Below, piece after piece: positions 27,477 to 32,000 of a DNA stretch of 32,000 bases. The first letter of the stretch is position 1. Each line of letters starts with the position of its first letter. The notes under the pieces are model-generated. The model was not told the origin of the DNA. It made no database searches and was given only the letters and a program-made list of their open reading frames with translations. The DNA lies in the NCBI RefSeq assembly GCF_000011805.1, contig NC_006840.2. The stretch is one strand, 5' to 3'. The DNA comes from Aliivibrio fischeri ES114 (GTDB taxonomy: Bacteria > Pseudomonadota > Gammaproteobacteria > Enterobacterales > Vibrionaceae). Both the position numbers and the translations under genes were made by a program.

Positions 27477-28832
27477 TTACATCAGAATGGTTGCTAGGCC
27501 AAGGAAAGCAAATAGGCCGATAACATCGGTAATGGTTGTTAGTGCCATACCACCTGCTAATGCAGGATCGATATTCATCTTTTTAAGAATCAAAGGAATC
27601 GATACACCCGCAACACCAGCTACAGTAAGGTTAACCAACATAGCTGCAGAAATAATAGCGCCAAGCATGATGTCGCCTTTCCAAACCATCACAATACCAC
27701 CAATGATAGCAGCCCAAAGAATACCATTTAAGATACCGATCCCCGCTTCCTTCATAAGCAGTTCTTTTTTGTTACTGTCACCGATATGACCCACAGCTAA
27801 ACCACGAATAACCAGAGCAACAGTTTGGTTACCAGCAACACCCCCCATTGATGGTACGATTGTCATTAAAACGGCAATAGAAGCCATTTGTGCTAAGGTT
27901 GCTTCAAACATGTTTGAAACAGATGCCGCTGCAAGTGCTGCAAGTACATTCATACCAAGCCACACACTACGACGGCGTGCTGATTTTACTACGGGTGCAA
28001 AGGTATCTTCTTCGTCATCCATACCAGCCATACTCATCATTGAGTGCTCAGCATCTTCACGAATAACATCGACAACATCATCGATAGTGATACGACCTAA
28101 GAGTAAATTATTTTCATCAACAACCGGTGCAGAAACCCAGTTACGACGTTCAAATAAATTCGCAACTTCACCATCATCCGTATTTACAGGAATGGCTTCA
28201 TCGGCGTCTTCCATTACATCGCTGACAAGAACATCTGGTTGGGCGGTAAGAATAGTTGTTAAAGATAAATGACCAATTAAGCGGCTTTCTTCATCCAATA
28301 CGTACAATGCATCGGTGGCTTCTGGTAATTCACCTTTCATACGAAGGTAACGAAGAACTACATCTATCTCTACATCAGCACGAATCGTAATGAAGTCGGT
28401 ATTCATCATACCGCCAGCAGTGTCCTCTGGGTACGATAGAGCGGTTTCAACGCGGAAGCGATCAACCGTATCCATTTGACTTAATACTTCACGAGAGACA
28501 TCGTCAGGTAAGCTACGAAGAACGTAAGCGACATCATCTGTCTCCATACCTTCCGTTGCTTCAGCAATGCTTTCTGGAGCCATTTGAGATACGATACCAT
28601 CTTTTACATCTTCAGATAGCTCATCAAGGATCTCACCGTAATCTTCAGGATCGGTTAACTGCCATAATACGTTACGGCTTTTTCTGGGCGAAGCTTCTAA
28701 TAAATGGGCAATATCCTCGGGTTCCATGTCCTGTAATAAACGACGAACATGGACAAACATCCCACTATCAAGTGCATTAGATACTTCTTGAAGAGTTTGA
28801 TGGGTTTGATCGAAATCTTGTAGCTCTTGCAT
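27477..28832 (-). CDS. mgtE: Magnesium transporter MgtE
   Basis: MgtE N-domain, tandem CBS region, and a C-terminal TM channel with the GGVAGNQT motif. ATG at 28832 (MQELQDF...) is preceded by GGGGGAGAG. Track start 28883 is an upstream extension. Confidence 0.93.
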   Translation of the reverse strand: MQELQDFDQTHQTLQEVSNALDSGMFVHVRRLLQDMEPEDIAHLLEASPRKSRNVLWQLTDPEDYGEILDELSEDVKDGIVSQMAPESIAEATEGMETDDVAYVLRSLPDDVSREVLSQMDTVDRFRVETALSYPEDTAGGMMNTDFITIRADVEIDVVLRYLRMKGELPEATDALYVLDEESRLIGHLSLTTILTAQPDVLVSDVMEDADEAIPVNTDDGEVANLFERRNWVSAPVVDENNLLLGRITIDDVVDVIREDAEHSMMSMAGMDDEEDTFAPVVKSARRRSVWLGMNVLAALAAASVSNMFEATLAQMASIAVLMTIVPSMGGVAGNQTVALVIRGLAVGHIGDSNKKELLMKEAGIGILNGILWAAIIGGIVMVWKGDIMLGAIISAAMLVNLTVAGVAGVSIPLILKKMNIDPALAGGMALTTITDVIGLFAFLGLATILM

Positions 28833-28970
28833 ACTCTCCCCCATAGAAAACCGATTTCTAACTCGAATAATGAGTATAGACAATCTAGATTAGATAATGG
28901 GCTGAATAGTAACGCAATTTGGAAGGCACGATAAGTGAATTTTGTAAGGATTGGGTTAAACAGGTGTTGA

Positions 28971-28991
28971 GATGAGTATTATCTACTCATC
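28971..28991 (-). other. Perfect 8-bp hairpin spanning the ptsO stop codon
   Basis: The minus strand reads GATGAGTA-GATAA-TACTCATC. The TAG stop (plus-strand 28983-28985) lies at the stem/loop junction. No U-tract follows, so it is not a canonical terminator. Confidence 0.5.
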
Positions 28992-29261
28992 TTCATCAAA
29001 ACCCGCTTCAATAAGCTCACAAATAGCATTGAGTGCTTGTTCTGCATCAACGCCATCAGCAGAGACATCTACGTATTGCCCTTGTGATGAATCTAGCATT
29101 AAAAGCCCCATAACACCATCTGCTGTTGCTTGAGTATTCTCTTCATTCGTTAAGGTAATGACAGCATCAAAGCTTTGTGCCATCTCAACTAATTTTATTG
29201 CGGCGCGAGCATGCAAACCTAATCGATTTTTTATTAATAAGTGGCGAGATGAGATTGGCAT
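28983..29261 (-). CDS. ptsO: Phosphocarrier protein NPr (PTS-Ntr)
   Basis: 92 aa HPr-like protein. Active-site His context [10 protein letters not shown]. Position after rapZ. Confidence 0.92.
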   Translation of the reverse strand: MPISSRHLLIKNRLGLHARAAIKLVEMAQSFDAVITLTNEENTQATADGVMGLLMLDSSQGQYVDVSADGVDAEQALNAICELIEAGFDEDE

Positions 29262-29279
29262 AATTAAGGCTCTTTAATA

Positions 29280-30134
29280 TTAATGTCTTTCTAGGGTTTT
29301 ATGACGGATCTGAACTTGTTTGCCTTGCTGTTTGAAGTATTCCCCTAATTGTTGGGTAATATAAACAGAGCGATGTTGTCCACCAGTACAACCAATCGCT
29401 ACGGTTAAATAACTACGATTGTTTTTTTCAAGAGCAGGTAGCCAAGTGGTCAAAAATTGTTGGATTTGCTCTTTAAGTTGAATGACTTCTGTGTGTTTTG
29501 CTAAATAGTCAGCAACGGGTTTATCTAACCCTGTCATCGGGCGTAAACTTGGTTCCCAATGAGGATTAGGTAAGAAGCGTACATCAAAAACATAATCAGC
29601 ATCGGTGGGTAAACCGTGCTTAAATCCAAAAGATTCAAATACCATCACCAACTCTTTAGATTCTCGACCTAGGATCCGTGAGCGTAGGGTTTCACTTAAA
29701 TCATGAATCGATTTTGTTGTGGTATCTAAAACAAGATCAGCTTCTTCTCTATAGTCACTTAATATGCTTTTCTCAAGTGTTACGGCTTGCTCTAAAGAAC
29801 ACTGCTCTCCGATTAAAGAGAGAGGGTGTAAGCGGCGAGTTTCACTGTATCGTTTAATTAACTCTTTATCTTCAGCATCTAAAAAGATAACCGTAACATC
29901 ATGTGTTTTCTTTAATAGTGCTAAGGTGTTTTTTAATAATGCAGGATCTTTAGGTAGGTTGCGGATATCAACACTAACAGCGACATTTTGACTGCTATGT
30001 TGAATGGACTCTACAAACTGCGTGAGTAAATCAATAGGTAAATTATCAACACAATAATAACCAAGATCTTCTAATACACGTAAAGCGACAGATTTACCTG
30101 CACCAGAGCTTCCGCTAACTACCATGAGTTTCAT
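29280..30134 (-). CDS. rapZ: RNase adapter protein RapZ (YhbJ)
   Basis: 284 aa. Walker [10 protein letters not shown]-terminal [10 protein letters not shown] motif. Confidence 0.95.
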   Translation of the reverse strand: MKLMVVSGSSGAGKSVALRVLEDLGYYCVDNLPIDLLTQFVESIQHSSQNVAVSVDIRNLPKDPALLKNTLALLKKTHDVTVIFLDAEDKELIKRYSETRRLHPLSLIGEQCSLEQAVTLEKSILSDYREEADLVLDTTTKSIHDLSETLRSRILGRESKELVMVFESFGFKHGLPTDADYVFDVRFLPNPHWEPSLRPMTGLDKPVADYLAKHTEVIQLKEQIQQFLTTWLPALEKNNRSYLTVAIGCTGGQHRSVYITQQLGEYFKQQGKQVQIRHKTLERH

Positions 30135-30157
30135 TATTATGACCTTAAAAAAGATGG

Positions 30158-30601
30158 TTAAGATGTGATGATTTGATAAAGCTCGTCATCATTTTCCGCA
30201 TGGCGCAGCTGACGTAATACTTGTTTATCATTGAGTTTTTCAGCAACACTAGAAAGTGTTTTTAGATGAAGCTTACATTGTTCATCGGGAACGAGAAGTG
30301 CAAAAAGAATATCAACAGGACGATTATCAATAGCATCAAATTCGATGGGTTCTTGGCATTGGATAAGTACAGCTACGGCATTATCACAATTGAACATTCG
30401 GCCATGGGGGATAGCTATCCCATTACCTATACCAGTACTTCCCATTTTTTCTCGGTTTAATAAGCTTTCAAAAAGTTCTTGAGGGCTTTGACCAATTCGA
30501 GGTGCGGCAATTTCACTAATAAGTTCTAATGCGCGCTTTTTGCTTGTGCATTGGACTGCACTTTTCGTGCAATCCAATGAAAGAATGGTGCTTAACTGCA
30601 T
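30158..30601 (-). CDS. ptsN: PTS EIIA-Ntr (PtsN)
   Basis: 147 aa. Phospho-His context [10 protein letters not shown]. Conserved rpoN-hpf-ptsN order. Confidence 0.94.
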   Translation of the reverse strand: MQLSTILSLDCTKSAVQCTSKKRALELISEIAAPRIGQSPQELFESLLNREKMGSTGIGNGIAIPHGRMFNCDNAVAVLIQCQEPIEFDAIDNRPVDILFALLVPDEQCKLHLKTLSSVAEKLNDKQVLRQLRHAENDDELYQIITS

Positions 30602-30602
30602 G

Positions 30603-30890
30603 TTAATGACTACTTAGTTTTTCTTTATGTTTATTGAGTTGGCGGATCAATTTATCAACCAAACCATCAATAGCTGCATACATATCTTCTGAGTCAGAAT
30701 GAGCGTGTATGTCACCTTGATTTACGTGAAGTGTTGCTTCTGCTACATGTTGTACTTTTTCTAATTTTAATACAACATGTACATTATTAATGTGTTCAAA
30801 AAAACGCTCTAATTTTTGGAATTTGGTATTCACATACTCACGAAGGCTATCGGTTAGTTCGACGTTTTGACCTGCGATGTTTATTTGCAT
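30603..30890 (-). CDS. hpf: Ribosome hibernation promoting factor (short HPF/YhbH)
   Basis: 95 aa, starting MQINIAGQNVELTDSLREYVNTKFQKLERFF. Its stop lies 1 nt before the ptsN start. Confidence 0.94.
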   Translation of the reverse strand: MQINIAGQNVELTDSLREYVNTKFQKLERFFEHINNVHVVLKLEKVQHVAEATLHVNQGDIHAHSDSEDMYAAIDGLVDKLIRQLNKHKEKLSSH

Positions 30891-30909
30891 AACACTTCCT
30901 TTTCATTAA

Positions 30910-32000
30910 TTAAAGTAAACGCTTACGCTGATTTGATGGTGCGATACCAAGTGATTCACGATATTTAGCAATGGTACGGCGTGCTACTTGGATTCCTTGT
31001 TCAGCCAGTAAGGTTGCAATTTTACTATCACTTAACGGCTTAGCTTGATTCTCAGCCGCAACCAATTTTTTCACTAGTGCTCGGATTGCTGTAGATGAGC
31101 ATTCACCACCATTATCCGTACTAACATGACTAGAGAAGAAATATTTCAATTCAAAAATACCTCGAGGGGTATGCATGAACTTCTGTGTTGTTACTCGTGA
31201 TATGGTGGATTCGTGCATATCGACATCTAATGCGATGTCATTTAAAACCATAGGTTTCATTGCTTCTTCACCATATTCGAAGAAATCTTGTTGATGTTCA
31301 ACTATACAACGTGCAACTTTGAGCAGCGTCTCGTTTCTGCTCTCTAGGCTCTTAATTAACCACTTTGCCTCTTGCAAATTGGTTCGAATGAATTGCCCAT
31401 CCGGAGTGTTGCCCATTGTCTTACCAAGAGCCGCATATTCCGCATTTACTTTTAAGCGAGGAACACTGTCAGGGTTAATGGTTACAACCCATTTTCCATT
31501 GTGTTTGAATACAGAAACATCAGGAATAACGTACTCAGTTTCAGTATCGATAACACGATTACCTGGGCGAGGATCTAACTCGTGAATAAGCATCATGACT
31601 TGCTTTAAGTCACTTTCTTTAAGCTTAGTCTCTTTTGCTAGTTGTCGGTAGTCTCGATTTCCTAATAAATTAATATGATCTTTTAAAATCAGCTTAGTTT
31701 CAGGTAACCAAGGGGTATTAGCAGGGTAAGTTGCAAGTTGAAGTAATAGACACTCTGCCAAATCACGAGAAGCAACACCTAATGGATCAAATTGTTGAAT
31801 GCGTTTTAAAACCGCTTCAACTTCATCCATTTCAACCTCTTCATCTCCAATACTTTCTAAAATATCGTCAAGAGAACTAGTCAGGTAACCGTATTCATCT
31901 AATGACTCGATAATCGTGGTTGCGATTGTTCGATCAAGATCGGTAAATGGGGTTAAGTCAGCTTGCCACATCAGATAATCTTGCAAGCTTTCTGTGGTTT
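30910..32000 (-). CDS. rpoN: RNA polymerase sigma-54 factor RpoN, C-terminal part; 5' end lies outside the window
   Basis: The frame stays open to nt 32000; the track start TTG 31986 is internal (...[14 protein letters not shown]...). [15 protein letters not shown] and RpoN box [10 protein letters not shown]. Collinear with E. coli RpoN. Confidence 0.96.
   Translation of the reverse strand, partial: TTESLQDYLMWQADLTPFTDLDRTIATTIIESLDEYGYLTSSLDDILESIGDEEVEMDEVEAVLKRIQQFDPLGVASRDLAECLLLQLATYPANTPWLPETKLILKDHINLLGNRDYRQLAKETKLKESDLKQVMMLIHELDPRPGNRVIDTETEYVIPDVSVFKHNGKWVVTINPDSVPRLKVNAEYAALGKTMGNTPDGQFIRTNLQEAKWLIKSLESRNETLLKVARCIVEHQQDFFEYGEEAMKPMVLNDIALDVDMHESTISRVTTQKFMHTPRGIFELKYFFSSHVSTDNGGECSSTAIRALVKKLVAAENQAKPLSDSKIATLLAEQGIQVARRTIAKYRESLGIAPSNQRKRLL

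Noticed and set aside
27457-28272. Two long + strand ORFs (27457..27789 and 27910..28272) antisense to mgtE.
   Set aside because: They mirror the mgtE TM/CBS coding region. The Pro/Ser/Ile-rich translations are typical antisense artefacts, and the first would begin inside the pmbA/mgtE terminator.
28833-28883. Upstream extension of mgtE (MSILIIRVRNRFSMGES...).
   Set aside because: The poly-G/A SD GGGGGAGAG lies immediately before the ATG at 28832, and the extension has no MgtE-like sequence.
28833-28982. Possible Mg2+ (M-box/ykoK) riboswitch upstream of mgtE.
   Set aside because: The leader space is at most 150 nt and also holds the ptsO terminal hairpin. I see no extended multi-helix pairing. 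M-box control of mgtE is mainly a Firmicute feature. A covariance-model scan (Rfam RF00380) would settle it.

Overview
This is an AT-rich gammaproteobacterial chromosomal window. Gene order and protein sequences look Vibrionaceae-like, possibly Aliivibrio/Vibrio, but that is an inference I cannot confirm without a database search. Coding density is very high. I see no rRNA, tRNA, CRISPR, transposase, integrase or phage genes.

Layout:
- nt 1-14436 (+): the distal 15 genes of the mannose-sensitive haemagglutinin (MSHA) type IVa pilus locus in canonical order. The assembly/secretion module is mshJ (partial)-K-L-M-N-E-G-F. After an 86-nt gap carrying a candidate promoter comes the structural module mshB-A-C-D-O-P-Q, with a strong intrinsic terminator directly after the major pilin gene mshA.
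- nt 14559-25285 (+): the housekeeping block mreB-mreC-mreD-maf-rng-yhdP, a Nit-type C-N hydrolase, and tldD.
- nt 25378-27370: divergent yjgA (darP) and pmbA (tldE).
- nt 27477-32000 (-): rpoN (5' end outside the window)-hpf-ptsN-rapZ-ptsO, followed co-directionally by mgtE.

I do not find a novel multi-gene system. Every long ORF fits a well-known family, and the intergenic gaps (all 165 nt or less) are too small to hide one.

The items worth a second look are small-scale and mostly regulatory:
- a T9 tract filling the spacer of the candidate mshB promoter;
- a sigma54-like -24 element upstream of mshA;
- the intra-operon terminator after mshA;
- a non-consensus residue in the c-di-GMP-binding MshEN motif of MshE;
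- heterogeneous minor-pilin leaders, including a Glu5-less MshP;
- the large uncharacterised secreted protein MshQ;
- the co-localisation of tldD with yjgA-pmbA;
- mgtE appended to the rpoN/PTS-Ntr cluster.

All promoter calls are by-eye motif matches and carry low confidence.
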